This document shows, piece after piece, positions 11,400-22,832 of a DNA stretch of 64,000 nt. The stretch's first letter is position 1. Each line of letters opens with the position of its first letter. Origin of the DNA: Anthoceros angustus (taxonomy: Eukaryota > Plantae > Anthocerotophyta); contig VJWM01000226.1 of NCBI GenBank assembly GCA_010909165.1, forward strand, positions 62,001 through 126,000. The letters run 5' to 3'. The notes beneath the pieces are model-generated. The model worked only from the letters and a program-made list of their open reading frames with translations, had not been told where the DNA came from and did no database searches. The position numbers and the translations under genes are program-made.

Positions 11400-13469
11400 A
11401 TTTCATAAGTGGTAGCACCCAGTACTTGTATCATTCCGAAGGCGCCTCATTTAACCGTAGCAGTATGGGTTATATGTTTCTGAACTCCGACGAGAACCAG
11501 TAAACAAGTGCTCCTCAGAAAGGGCCAATGCTTGCCCAAGAGCGGACCTAATCAGTGATAGCCACCAATGGTTTCGGCCCATAAAGAGGGCGGGTATTGG
11601 GTCTGACATGGACCATGGTCTGCTAGCCGCCGCCTCGAGGGAAGCAGATGAGATTGTGTGAAACCTCGCCTTCTCCGTGGCAAACCCTACTGCTGCTGCT
11701 CGGGCCGTCACACTGGAGCCCTCCCTTCGCTGAGGGAGCCTGGTGGTTCGTCCCCCCATGGTCGCTGTAGAGGCAGTTCAGCCGAGTACAGGCCTTTCCT
11801 GTTTCAACACTCCGCACAACTGATTGGTAATTGTCTTTCAAGCTGGATATGTTCTCAATGATCGAGAGTGTCGGATAATCCAAATCACTGTGGGGTTGCA
11901 GAAGGTGTGTGCCTGAATATAAAAATCTACGGGCACCACTGGATCCGACAAGTTAGGGTGCCACCATCCGCAGGGTCATTCATGAGTCCTGGAGATCTTT
12001 CGTACATCTGCATAGTAAATATGCAGCTTCAAAGGAGAAACTCTTTGTCCCGGCATATCCCAAACAAACTGGGTGTACTAAAGGAGCCCCTCCCGCAACA
12101 TGTCTCATGCTTCCTCCGGATGCAATGTATGGGGCCCTTCCTGTTCAACACCATGATGTGCAGACTGACTCCTTTAAACTATTTTTTTCTCTTGTGGAAC
12201 CGCATCCTGCCAATGTGGTGCACCGGTGCACCAGGAAAGCGAAGGATGTGTCCGCCATGGTTTTGAACCAAATGCCTCCAGGTGGTGTTCTAAAACCGTC
12301 GTAGCCCTACAGGCTTGTGCAAGCAAAGGGAGCAGACATGGAAACTGGGCTGCAGGTGCGCAATGCTGATGTGCTAGCCGCAGAGGTTGGGCTTGATTGG
12401 TTGCAGTAGCTTAATGGACCTACATGTATGCAAAGTGTGGCATGAGTCAAGGGGCTCTTCGTCTCTCCGGTGGTATGCACCAAAACGACATCTTGTGACA
12501 TTTGTTGGCCTCCTTGTTGGCCTCCAGCAGGCTTGTGCTGCTTATGGGTGCCCAAGCGTTGGACAAGGGGACAAGCTTCACACATGAGCCGAGTGGGGAA
12601 CCGAGGCTTGAAAGTGATGTGAATGTAGGTTGTAGCTTGGAACGTGGGGCTTGGAAACGTTCCAAGGCGAGCCAACCGTTCTTGCTAAAACAGCTAATGA
12701 ATTGGCTTGTCCTATCAATTATTTTCAAATTAGAGGAAGCAATATCTATGTTTTTTTAAGAGATCAAGGCATCATTTGATTTCAAAAATGAAGAGGATAA
12801 ATTGAAAAAATGAAAAATTGTAAGAGTCAAACTTCAAGGAACAATTCTTGAAATAAGCAAGTTACCTCAACCCAGCCCTTCATGTGATGGATCAACATCA
12901 ACATTTCGATAGATTTACATAGATAATCAAATGTGATTGCCCAAGAGGATGTCCCATAAAATGCTACCCCGCAAGAAACTATGATACAAGAATAATCAAG
13001 TGTGACTGCACAAGATGATGTCCAAAGGAAAACTACCCCTCAAGAAAGAAAGTATGACACAAGGCTCCCAAAAAGCACAACCAGATTGGAGTATCCTATG
13101 AGCAAGTGCCAAGGAGGAAGTCAGCAGCCGACGCTTGTTAAAGTCCCGTAGTCGATGTCAAGACAAAATGGGATGGAGCATCCCACATGTTGGTGCAGGT
13201 TGTAAACTCTCTCAAACCGGTGAAGTATGTGCTGTGAAGAAAGAAGTGACACAAGCTTGGTTCCTTGGCAGGTAATTTTAGAGTTGCGGTGCTCGTAAGT
13301 GGACACTCTCATTGATCATGATAGTCTCACGCCTGGAAGATGGTGGAGTGGAGCAAAGTCGTTTGCCTCTTCCAAACGAAGGCTTGGGTAGCAAGAACGG
13401 GGGGTGGGTTCCACGAAGACCTCCACGGTCCATCCTGACAGGTAATCGAGCGGGAGTCCGGACTCCGCA

Positions 13470-13712
13470 GCCCGGAACATACCTTCCCCACTACTGTGTG
13501 CCGCATCCGATTCGACAAAAGGTACAGTGAAGCACTAGTGGCGGACAATATTAATGTTACACTCTGGACATTCTTTGGGCCTCTCACCGGAGAAGGCTGA
13601 TGTCACTCGGCCTGCTGGCAGGCAAGGCAGGTACCCTGGAGGCGTGTGGGATCGACTGTCCTGTCCTGGATGTGGAGCAGGATGAAGCTCTCACGGCAGC
13701 CGCATACAGTAA
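13470..13712 (+). pseudogene. Divergent, internally deleted fragment of the last exon of the oxidoreductase gene family at 1-4378
   Basis: Frameshifted pieces GTYL..., RFDKRYSEALVAD..VTL, GLSPEKADVT, GLLAGKA and VLDVEQDEA..AAA align to GTYLERIDRRYAEARVLD, GLSQEKAYVTGLLAAKA and VLDVERDEAHIAAA. Confidence 0.7.
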
Positions 13713-14852
13713 CTGGCCCCCAGAGCCGCTAAGTTCAGTGTTGAGTAAGTTGCAGTCATGTTGTATGTGTGTGATGTACATACATACCAAGATTCCATTA
13801 GTTAGGCACGTAGGACATGGATTTGATCCTCAGTACTGTACGTTTTACTGCCTTCTTGATGTCACCACAGACGTGGGCCGCATACATAATACATACAGTA
13901 TGTACTGCTGTGCGTGCTTCATACTCTACTGTATATACAAATGTACTCTTGTGAGGTATCATGTCTTCATCCTTCATCCCGATCTGGAGCCGTGCAGAGT
14001 ACTAGAAGCGTGGGCCATTTATGAATGTATGTTTTGGTGTCACTGCTTGTAGCTTGCAGCTGGTAGCATAGCTTCTTGATGAAACATGGTAGGAGAAGTG
14101 GCGGTCGCGGTCGGCGGGGTCGCTGCGACAGCAGGCTAGGTGGAGCTTTCACCTGCAATGCCTGCAGCTGGCCACACTTTGCCTTCTTTCTACACTATGT
14201 GCATTGTACAGTACAGCAAAGGGAACAAGTGTGCCTCTCCTTTTTGTTCAAAATTGCCAAAAGCAAGGTACAAAATTCATGCCCGCACACAAAACGGCGC
14301 GGCGAGCGGGCTCACAAAAAGACAAGTTAGCCGGCTCGCGTTTTTCAGCTGTAGGGCATGGGCATTCAAATTGCAATGTCCTACGTACATCCCAGAAAAG
14401 AAAAGCCAGCATCACACTTGAAATTGATAAGCCAAGTCTCCAGATCTCAACATGATCGGCCAGTCCTACAATGCTGCTCTACACTACGCTTCGGACCTAG
14501 AAAAGTACAGGGTATGTAAGTACATACCTACATACATATCTGCTGGTAAGCAATTTCATCATGCAACATCGGAAGGGTTCGCGGCGTGTATCATGGGCCG
14601 CTGCCCCTTCCAACAACGTCTGCTCCAAGAATTGCAACAGCAGTTATGATGGCCACTAAGGAGGGCCTAACAAAATAGCTGATGGCAATCTATGCAAGAA
14701 CCAGGCAATTCCTTCCGCCGGGGTTTGGGTGACTTGGATTGCTGGGTATCATGGCAAAGACCATGTCTTCAAGCCTTCTTGAATGCTCCCTGCATGTGCA
14801 AGTGACGTGCGTGTGGATTGTCGCGAACTCCCATGTAATGTATGTACGTGAT

Positions 14853-16886
14853 TCATGAGGCCACTCGCATGCGAGACATCCCACGGAAGGCTTGATAGTT
14901 CTTCACCGAGGAACAACCGAGGCAGCTCAGGATTCCTGTCCTATTAGGAAGGAGAGCCTTCAGTCTCCCCAGGCTTTCTTCCCTGTCACCGGGCTGGTCC
15001 GTCTTGTAACGCCTGTACAGAGGAAAGTGCTCCGAAGCTAAAGTGTCAGCCGGAGATGCATCCACCTGACTCGCTTGGTTCTTGGTCAGCAATGCTTTCT
15101 TGAGACCTGGAGAAGCACTGGCATTGCTGAACCTCCCTGGCTTCACATCCTGAGGGCAGTAAGGTAACGCACCATCCACAAGATCTGCACCACCTGAACT
15201 GTTGCTTCCGGAGTTGGATGATGAAAAGCTGCCAAAGCTACCTCTACCACCCCCAATGCTGCCAGAGCTGCTATTGCTTGCTGGTGAATCCGTCGGTCGG
15301 GATGCTGCTATAACATCACGGGATTCCTCAAGGAGCTCATCCAGGGAGAGCCCCTTCAGACCAGTCCAGGCCACATTATTGCTGCCTACTAACTTCTTGG
15401 GCACTCCAGCGACAGCACGTCCGTTATACTCACGTTCCCTGTCCTCAAGAGGCCAACTCGCATGGCTGTCGAAGGAAAAGGCATCCTTTTCCTCGACAGA
15501 AGCCCGCTTGGGCTTGTCTTTCTCTGTACGCCTAAACATCCTCAAAGGGGACAGAGACCTCACTCGTCGGTGGGCTGGAGGAACTCCAGCCGGACTACCC
15601 GTTCCCGCCTCCTCCTTGAAGAGCTTTTTCCCCTTGCGAGCGCTCTGCTCGTCCTTGCCGCTCCTCAGACCGAAAAAGAAGCCGCTGCCGCTGCCACTTC
15701 CCTTCTCTTTGGAAAAGGACTTCCCCTTCCTGTGCATCGGAGTTCCAGGAACACTGGCTCTGCCCCCCGCAAGGGAGCAATCTGCAGAGGCGAGATTGCT
15801 CTCTCCACACCGAGTATCCAAGCCATCAACCGAGCTCACCGGACCCGAATCAGCAATTGCCCTGCTATTCTGTTCGGAAGAAGAAGAGAAAAAGACCTCA
15901 GGGATACTCTCTTTCGCAGAGCTGAAGCTGGTGCCTGTGGATCCAGGCGTCAATTGTCCGCTCATCAAGTGCACATCCGAGTAGCTGAGCCTCGGTTCGT
16001 CTCCTCCAAATGCACTCAGAGAGGTAGCACGTCGTCCAGTCCGGTTGGAGAGGCCACACAATGCCAGAAGCTTCTGGGCCGGCGACGCAGAAGCTGATCT
16101 CGAAACCCGGCCGCTTACCATAGTGAGCCCCACTGCCTGGCCCAGCGACGTTGGCGTAGCTGGTGTGGGGCTCCTAAACGAGTTGCCCAAGGAACGGAAG
16201 CTCGCGATATCATCCCCCGCTTCAGTGAGCGCTACCGATTCCGAAGTCGGGGACCTAGAATGCTGCAGCCTGCTAGCCACCAGCTGAGACTGCAACCGAG
16301 GAGGCAGCTTGAGTGGCAGGATTTGGCCCTGGTGGAACAGTTGATCGGCAGCAGCAACCAAAACACCTTCTCCCTCACCCTTGCCGGCTACGGCACCTCC
16401 TCCTACCGTGTCCGCCTCAAATCTGGAACTGGAGAATTCAAACTCCGCCTCCTCTGGCTCGCAAGTCTCTGCCAATTCGTGCAGAGGGCTCAACGATCCA
16501 ACCCGCGGACTGTCCTTGTCCTTGCTAACCCCCGGAGCGCAAACCTCCTCCCCCTGCTGCTCCTGCACACCTTCCCAAGGGAGCATGAGCGGAACCTGCG
16601 GCGACTTCGGCGTGCCAGGCTTCTCCTCCCACTTGAAAGGCACAGCACCTTCGAGGTGACAAGGAGGCAGCAAGCTCTCGGTGACTGCAGAATTGCTATC
16701 AGCGTCGTCCATGGAGCGCAGAAACTTCACCGGACTGGACGGGGCACTCAAAAACGGCGGTGTCGCCCCCGCCCCGAGCTGCTCCTTCTCATGCTTGAAG
16801 GAAAAGGAAAAAGCTCGAATCCGCTTAGGAGAAACCTCAGGCACCCCAGGCCGCACAGCCGGCACCGCCTTCTGCTCCAGCCCCAT
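14853..16886 (-). CDS. Intronless Ser/Gly-rich plant protein (677 aa) with DUF688-like and DUF1645/MAKR-like motifs
   Basis: GAVPFKWEEKPGTPK (DUF688-type), EFEFS and AADQLFHQGQILPLKLPPRLQ (ADELFxxGxIxP motif of DUF1645/MAKR-type proteins), and RRVRSLSPLR. Confidence 0.8.
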   Translation of the reverse strand: MGLEQKAVPAVRPGVPEVSPKRIRAFSFSFKHEKEQLGAGATPPFLSAPSSPVKFLRSMDDADSNSAVTESLLPPCHLEGAVPFKWEEKPGTPKSPQVPLMLPWEGVQEQQGEEVCAPGVSKDKDSPRVGSLSPLHELAETCEPEEAEFEFSSSRFEADTVGGGAVAGKGEGEGVLVAAADQLFHQGQILPLKLPPRLQSQLVASRLQHSRSPTSESVALTEAGDDIASFRSLGNSFRSPTPATPTSLGQAVGLTMVSGRVSRSASASPAQKLLALCGLSNRTGRRATSLSAFGGDEPRLSYSDVHLMSGQLTPGSTGTSFSSAKESIPEVFFSSSSEQNSRAIADSGPVSSVDGLDTRCGESNLASADCSLAGGRASVPGTPMHRKGKSFSKEKGSGSGSGFFFGLRSGKDEQSARKGKKLFKEEAGTGSPAGVPPAHRRVRSLSPLRMFRRTEKDKPKRASVEEKDAFSFDSHASWPLEDREREYNGRAVAGVPKKLVGSNNVAWTGLKGLSLDELLEESRDVIAASRPTDSPASNSSSGSIGGGRGSFGSFSSSNSGSNSSGGADLVDGALPYCPQDVKPGRFSNASASPGLKKALLTKNQASQVDASPADTLASEHFPLYRRYKTDQPGDREESLGRLKALLPNRTGILSCLGCSSVKNYQAFRGMSRMRVAS

Positions 16887-18247
16887 CTCCTCCCTCGGGC
16901 TCCCACCGCTGCAACCTAGGCCTCAACGCGATTCTTCGACCGCTGCAGCAACACAACAGAAAGACGGTTTCAACCAGCTGGCAACCTCCAACTCACCAAA
17001 CAGCCGCCAAACCGACAGATCTGTCGGTACCCAATTCCACCACATGCACAACAAGCGTGGCAGAAGACGGGACGGTAGGCGGGGAACCGACACCCTGCAT
17101 TGCGCCCGAGGACAAAGCCAAGAAAGCAATTCCCGCACCGAAAAATGCAGAACCGGCAGACACTACCAATACCGAAAGGACCAGAGAAGAAGAGCAGGCA
17201 TCGAAGCGAGGAGCCTCAAGCACCAAGACATGAAGAAGAAGACAAGAGGAATGCCACAAAGGACGGCGCTCAACGCTTCCGAGTAGCAGGTGACCAAAAA
17301 AACGTCGAAGAAACCTGAAATTGCAGGCAGGGAAATGTCATGACACCGGGATCTAACGCCCACGCCGCCGCCGCCGCCGCAGGAAGAAGACGCATCACGC
17401 ACAGTCCAAGACGAAGATGCAAGCAATTTTCAGGGAAACAGCGGAGAATGTGATCCAGCAGAGAAGCTAAGGCGCTCGCATGAGCCAGACGATGGCGTCA
17501 CGGAGCGTGAAGAAGGCGGAATTGGTGCAGGTAAAGGCGCCGCTGCCGGGCAGCTTCCGTTGCGTGCTCGGCCGCCTCCATGGCCGGGTCCCGGTCAGTC
17601 TGATGAAGAAGGAGGGCGAGCTAGGAGCGAGGCCAGTGGGTGGAAGGCGAGCCACTGTTCCTGCCCGTTAACTTCACCCCTTGCCCCGGGTTACCTGTGT
17701 CGGATCGTGAAGCACGGGTCAGAGTAAAAAGAGCGGCACACGTGGCCCGGCAAAAGGGCCCTTGTGTTTGGGGCAAGAACTTGGGAGGACGACGGGCTTC
17801 GGTCGCCCGTCGCCAGTCACCAGTCGCGACAGGAGCCGGTCGGGACCGACCGTGACCTTGAGGCGCGAAAGCTTTGGGTAAATAAATACGACGGCTCGAC
17901 GTGCATGCAACTTGGGGACGTGTAGAAAGGGGTATGCAGAGGAGCGTATCGAAAGTGGGTCGAAACATTCCCCGCAAAACCCGACGGTGGCGGCGACATC
18001 GGGCGACTTGCCCGTCGATGACTACACTTTAAAAATAGACTTGCCCGTCGATGCCTTGCGTTTAGGAGCGTATGACCCTAGGTATAGGCATTCATGGTAA
18101 TCGTCAAGCCCGCTTCGGCGCAGCGGCAAGATGCTGTGCTCGGTTACACTGTTGCTAACGGAGCGGCAAGCGGCGACCGGTTTCCGGCCAGGTCCGTTAA
18201 GCAAAGGCGGCTGGAGCATGGACGGGCGTGCATCATTTGCTCACGTC

Positions 18248-18884
18248 TCACAGCGCGTCTCGCGGCACGTCTCGTTCGGTGAGCCGCGGCTCATTTGGCA
18301 CCGGAGTCCTCTGCAGCTGCGCCTCCGCATGCGACGCCGGTAGTGAACTCGTGCGCTGCGGGGCTGGCCGACAATCATGTCCTCGTCCCTTTATCGGTGC
18401 ACGCAAAGGAAAGAAGCGCCTGCTGCGGCCTACAGGAGCCAGTGGACAACGGGCAAGTGCCAAGAAGAAGGGGAATGAGCGGAACGGAAAACGGGAAACG
18501 GGAGCGGGAAGGAACCTCTGACAACGGAGCCAGATCTGAATGTGCGCCACGTCCCAGGGCTAGCCTCTCACCTGCGGCAAGTGCTGATCTCATGCCTCGG
18601 GCCACCATCATCTGTATGAGGTAGGGATCTGGTGTCAGAGGAGCCAGTGGCGCTTCTGATGCAAATTCCCCGCTTTCAAACATCCCTGCCATTTTCTGGA
18701 GGCGTTGTGCGAGCCTGCGATGTGTGCTTTCGTCTGTGCAGCGTGTGACGGTGACCTGATTCAGGCTTCCGGCGTGGGCGACTGGTGACGGGCCTGACGG
18801 CCAGGGGCCCGCTGAGGACATCGATGTACATGAATGTACAGCCATGAATAGAAAGAAAGATGGCCTGCACATGAGGAATCTCAT
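18248..18884 (-). CDS. Possible small spliced gene of unknown function
   Basis: ORF MAGMFESGEFASEAPLAPLTPDPYLIQMMVARGMRSALAAG is followed by a G|GTGAG donor, a pyrimidine-rich tract and a ctgtag acceptor. No family recognised. Confidence 0.3.
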
Positions 18885-19578
18885 GGAGTCAGGTTAGGGC
18901 ATGATGTACCAGAGTATGTATGATATGTAAGGTAAGGTAATGCAAGGTGAGGAAGCGGAGGGATTGGGCATGGGGGGATAGTATGAGGAGACAAAGGAGG
19001 AACAGTATGCCGCATGGCCGTCACGATGGTAGGAGCTACAGGACAAGGCAGCCCCCGGGGGCCCCGAGTGCAACAGTGCAGCACTTGCGATGCACATTTG
19101 GTGGCAGATGAGAGTTTGGAGCGTAGCGGCTTCCCACCTTACCTCCTTTGACCATGGAAACCTTGTGAATGGACTTCACTCCAACTGCAAACAGACGGCT
19201 CATCGGCATTGTGTGATGACAGCAGGCCAATCACAGCTGCGGAGCCATCCAAGATTCAAATACTGTAGGGGGTAGGGAGGAACAACGGCAAGCTCTCGGC
19301 CCACTCGAATCTGTTTCTGTGGCAGCGAGAGTGGCGGTGGAGAGCTCACCTCGTCCGTGATGACCGACTCCCGTGTCGGTGACGCTTGCCTTGACGCCGA
19401 CATCTTTCCCCGCTTCCGGCATTATGTCCTGGATGTACATCCATAAAAGGCAACGGCGCAGAGCTAAACAGGAACAGGCATTAGCTACGTCGTGCCTCGA
19501 TATTTAGCCTGTGATTCCCTCTGCCTTCCATGTTACATCCACATAAATCTACTTGGTGCTCAGCTCCAGCTGCTTGAA

Positions 19579-22335
19579 TTACCAGTAATCTCCACAACTG
19601 CAGACCCCGTCCTGGAAGTGGTGGAAGCGGGTGGCATCCCTCTGGATGATCTCTCGGCTTTCCACCTTGGACACCATTTTGGCGAAGGTGTGGCAGTCCT
19701 GACATATCCGCAGGTTCTTCATGACGCGGATGGGTGTTCCTGGAGGTGTGTTCATCAAGCCCCACACCATAGCCAGCTTCTCGCTGTGCCCACATAGAGC
19801 ATGTTCCTTTCTTTCATCACCTGCGGGAAATGGCACCGAGCCTAAGTCGGGTACATAGCCTGTCTGCCTCACTCTCTCTGCCAACTTTTGCAGCTCGGCG
19901 AAGATCCTGTAGCTTTGGGGGTGAAATTCATCTCGCACACCAAATGTGTGAATTTTCTGGCTCACCTCGATCCAGCTGTATCCTGGCTCCCTGCCCACTC
20001 CCGCTGCTTCCATGAGGTTTCGGATGTTCCCCACATCGTTCCACCTTTTGGCAGCCGCATACATGCTGGCCATAGTGGCATATGCTCCTGAATTATTGGG
20101 CTCCAGTTGCACCAACGACTGAAAGGCCCGTTCACCCAGAGATAAATTGGAATGGTGTTTACACGCACCGAGCAAGGATGACCACACCACGGCACCGGGT
20201 GGGATGGGCATCTGCTTCACTACCTGCTCTGCTTCTAGAAGACGACCGGCCCGGGATAGAAGGTCGACTATGCAAGCAAAGTGCTCTTCAGCCGGTGTGA
20301 TGCCATGAGCCTCCGCCATTGAATGGAAGTACCCAAGGCCTGTCTCCATAAGTCCTGCATGACTGCACGCTTTCAGTACGCACAGTAAGGTAACACTGTC
20401 TGGCTTGATGTCCTTCTGCTTCATCTGCTCGAACACCTTGACAGCTTCCTTGCCATGCCCGTGCTGAGCATACCCGCCGATCATAACGGTGTAGGACACC
20501 ACAGAGTGATTAGGCAGGCTGTCGAAAGCTTGTTTAGCGTCGCCAATGCTCCCGCATTTGATGTACATGTCAACAATGGCACTGCCCAGTGACAAATCTA
20601 CTTCAACTGATGTCCTTAGTATGTGGTCATGGACTTGTCTGCCATGTTCCAAGGCTGCAATCCCAGCACATGCTTTCAAGGCACTCACCAGAGAATACCT
20701 GTTGAGCTTAGCACCACACTCTTGCATCTCGTCAAATAGCTCTAGGGCCTGTCCAAATTGCCCGTGCTGGACGTAACCTGCCAGCAGCACATTCCATGAC
20801 ACTGAATCCCTGTCGGCAAGTTCGACAAACACCTGGCGAGCGTAATCTAAGTTCCCACATTTGGCATACATATCGATGAGGGTGTTGCCCAATTCTGAAT
20901 TCACACAAACTCCACTTCGAATTATGTCTTGGTGGATTTGCCTGCCGTGACCCAGGTCCAAGGGGTTGGCACAAGCTTTAAGGAGGAGGAGGAAGCTCAC
21001 TTCGTCCGCTTGAATGCCTGCTTCTTTCATCTGCTTGTAAAGTTTGAGTGCATCCTTGCTACGAGACGTCTGCGCATATCCGCAGATCATCACATTCCAT
21101 GAGACTACATCCCTGCTTGGCAATATCTTGAAAACTGCGACTGCATCATCCATGCTTCCACACTTGACATACATGTCCAAGAGCGCATTGCCCACAAAGA
21201 TATCTGATTCATAACCCCTTCCAACAACTTGGCCATGTATCACCTTGCCATGCTCCAGAGCTGACAGACTGGCACATGCTTGAAGAATGCTGACAAAGGT
21301 GTAATGGTTTGGTAAGATTCCAGCCCTCCCCATTTCTTTACAGAGGTCAAGAGCTGCGTCACCAGCTCCCTGTTTCGCATATCCTGACATCATAGCACTC
21401 CAGACCACCAGGTCACGAGCCGGAAGTGTGTCGAAAATCATTCGAGCATCCTCAACTCTGCCACATTTGCAATACATATCAACAAGCGCACTACCTATGA
21501 AAACGTCCAACTCATGCACGCTCTGTATCACATCAGCATGTATCTGCCTGCCCATCTCCAAGGCCTGCAGGTTAGTACACGCTCTAACAATGCTGGCAAG
21601 AATGCCCTTGCCTGGCTTGCAACCTCTGCCTTTCATTTGTGTGTACAAGTGTAGAGCCTCCTTCCACCTCCTATGCTGAACATACGCAACAGTCATTGCA
21701 CTCCATGTTCCAACATCGTATTCCTTCATCAGCTCAAACCTTTTCCGAGCATCCTTCAAGCTCCCGCACTTCACATACATGTGCACAATGGCGTTTCCTA
21801 AAGCAACGTCTGAGCCAAGCCCATTCTTCATGATCTCATCTTCAACTCGCATCCCCTGATCCAAGTCCCTCAAATTGGCACACCCTTCTAAGACATTGAG
21901 AAATGTGTACTTATTCGGCCGCACTCCAGCACCTACCATTTCGTGATATACTTTCACAGCCTCACTACTTTGGCCTCCTTTCACATATGCAGCCATGATA
22001 GCTGTCCAAGAAAAAGCATCTTTTTCAGGAACCTGATCGAATACATAACGTGCCTCCTTCACACTCCCACACTTTGAAAACATGCGTATAAGCAGGTTTC
22101 CCAGAACCGAGCTCGAGGCAAACGTACTTCGCATGATGTGAGCCTGGACTCTTCTTCCCTCCTGCAGTGCCTTCAGTTTCATACATCCTTCCAGGAGAGA
22201 TACGTAGATGGGAACTGAAATCTGAGTACTTTGATAGCCGAACCCCTCCACAAGCTGTAATGCCTCCTGCAATCTGCCTCCCCTGCAAATTCTCTGCACC
22301 TCTCTGCTCAACATTTCCTGCATCAAGACTGCCAA
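19579..22335 (-). CDS. PLS-class pentatricopeptide repeat protein with E and DYW deaminase domains (organellar RNA editing factor)
   Basis: 918-aa open frame (first ATG at 22323) with P-L-S arrays (e.g. DVFIGSALVDMYCKCGRVEDARMIFDTLPARDLVVWSAMMSGYA), PG box PGYSWIEV, HSEKLA, RICQDCH and C-terminal CSCGDYW. Confidence 0.97.
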   Translation of the reverse strand: MAVLMQEMLSREVQRICRGGRLQEALQLVEGFGYQSTQISVPIYVSLLEGCMKLKALQEGRRVQAHIMRSTFASSSVLGNLLIRMFSKCGSVKEARYVFDQVPEKDAFSWTAIMAAYVKGGQSSEAVKVYHEMVGAGVRPNKYTFLNVLEGCANLRDLDQGMRVEDEIMKNGLGSDVALGNAIVHMYVKCGSLKDARKRFELMKEYDVGTWSAMTVAYVQHRRWKEALHLYTQMKGRGCKPGKGILASIVRACTNLQALEMGRQIHADVIQSVHELDVFIGSALVDMYCKCGRVEDARMIFDTLPARDLVVWSAMMSGYAKQGAGDAALDLCKEMGRAGILPNHYTFVSILQACASLSALEHGKVIHGQVVGRGYESDIFVGNALLDMYVKCGSMDDAVAVFKILPSRDVVSWNVMICGYAQTSRSKDALKLYKQMKEAGIQADEVSFLLLLKACANPLDLGHGRQIHQDIIRSGVCVNSELGNTLIDMYAKCGNLDYARQVFVELADRDSVSWNVLLAGYVQHGQFGQALELFDEMQECGAKLNRYSLVSALKACAGIAALEHGRQVHDHILRTSVEVDLSLGSAIVDMYIKCGSIGDAKQAFDSLPNHSVVSYTVMIGGYAQHGHGKEAVKVFEQMKQKDIKPDSVTLLCVLKACSHAGLMETGLGYFHSMAEAHGITPAEEHFACIVDLLSRAGRLLEAEQVVKQMPIPPGAVVWSSLLGACKHHSNLSLGERAFQSLVQLEPNNSGAYATMASMYAAAKRWNDVGNIRNLMEAAGVGREPGYSWIEVSQKIHTFGVRDEFHPQSYRIFAELQKLAERVRQTGYVPDLGSVPFPAGDERKEHALCGHSEKLAMVWGLMNTPPGTPIRVMKNLRICQDCHTFAKMVSKVESREIIQRDATRFHHFQDGVCSCGDYW

Positions 22336-22832
22336 ACTTCATCACAACCCAATAGGACACAAACCTGTCAATCCACTTCCGTCAACATTCAACATTCTCA
22401 ATCTCACTTTCAGCTCAGAAAACTCAGCATGGACATAGAATCTGAAAATACTTTGGTTCAGCTCCCGTGCAGCCCATGTACGTCATGTTGGGAACGTTGT
22501 CGAGGAAAACAGTGCTCCCACATGTCCTCCAGACTGTCTGCTGCCGAGAAAAGCCGACTCTAGGCTCCAGGCACTTTGAGGTACCACTACAGAGCAGAAG
22601 CCAAAACATTGCTCTGAACAACACGGTACCCTGTCCACCTCTCGGGGAACATGACTCCATGGCCCGAGGAGCCCCACTTCTCGGTGTGGGCTTGGAGCAA
22701 GGAGCGGATGGGGACTCCCCTATATTGACACAAGCGGCACACACCATACACGCTGCTGCTGGGCTCACCGTCAACACAACTTGAGACAGCTACGGTTCTA
22801 ACAACCGCGGTGTGGTCAGGCTCATCAAGGAC

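Noticed and set aside
11710-11765. Hairpin plus GGTTCG resembling a tRNA anticodon and T arm
   Set aside because: No D arm or A box and no acceptor stem could be built.
11620-12730. Possible hAT/BED remnant (NTTWRHLVQNH; LDYPTLSII)
   Set aside because: Only two short, weak motif resemblances across stops and frameshifts; it needs an HMM search before it can be called.
15202-17286. Long plus-strand ORFs (260, 211, 219 and 201 aa) opposite the Ser-rich gene
   Set aside because: Shadow ORFs expected in GC-rich coding DNA; no motifs recognised.
18005-18053. 16-bp direct repeat gacttgcccgtcgatg x2
   Set aside because: An isolated small duplication with no associated structure or assignable function.
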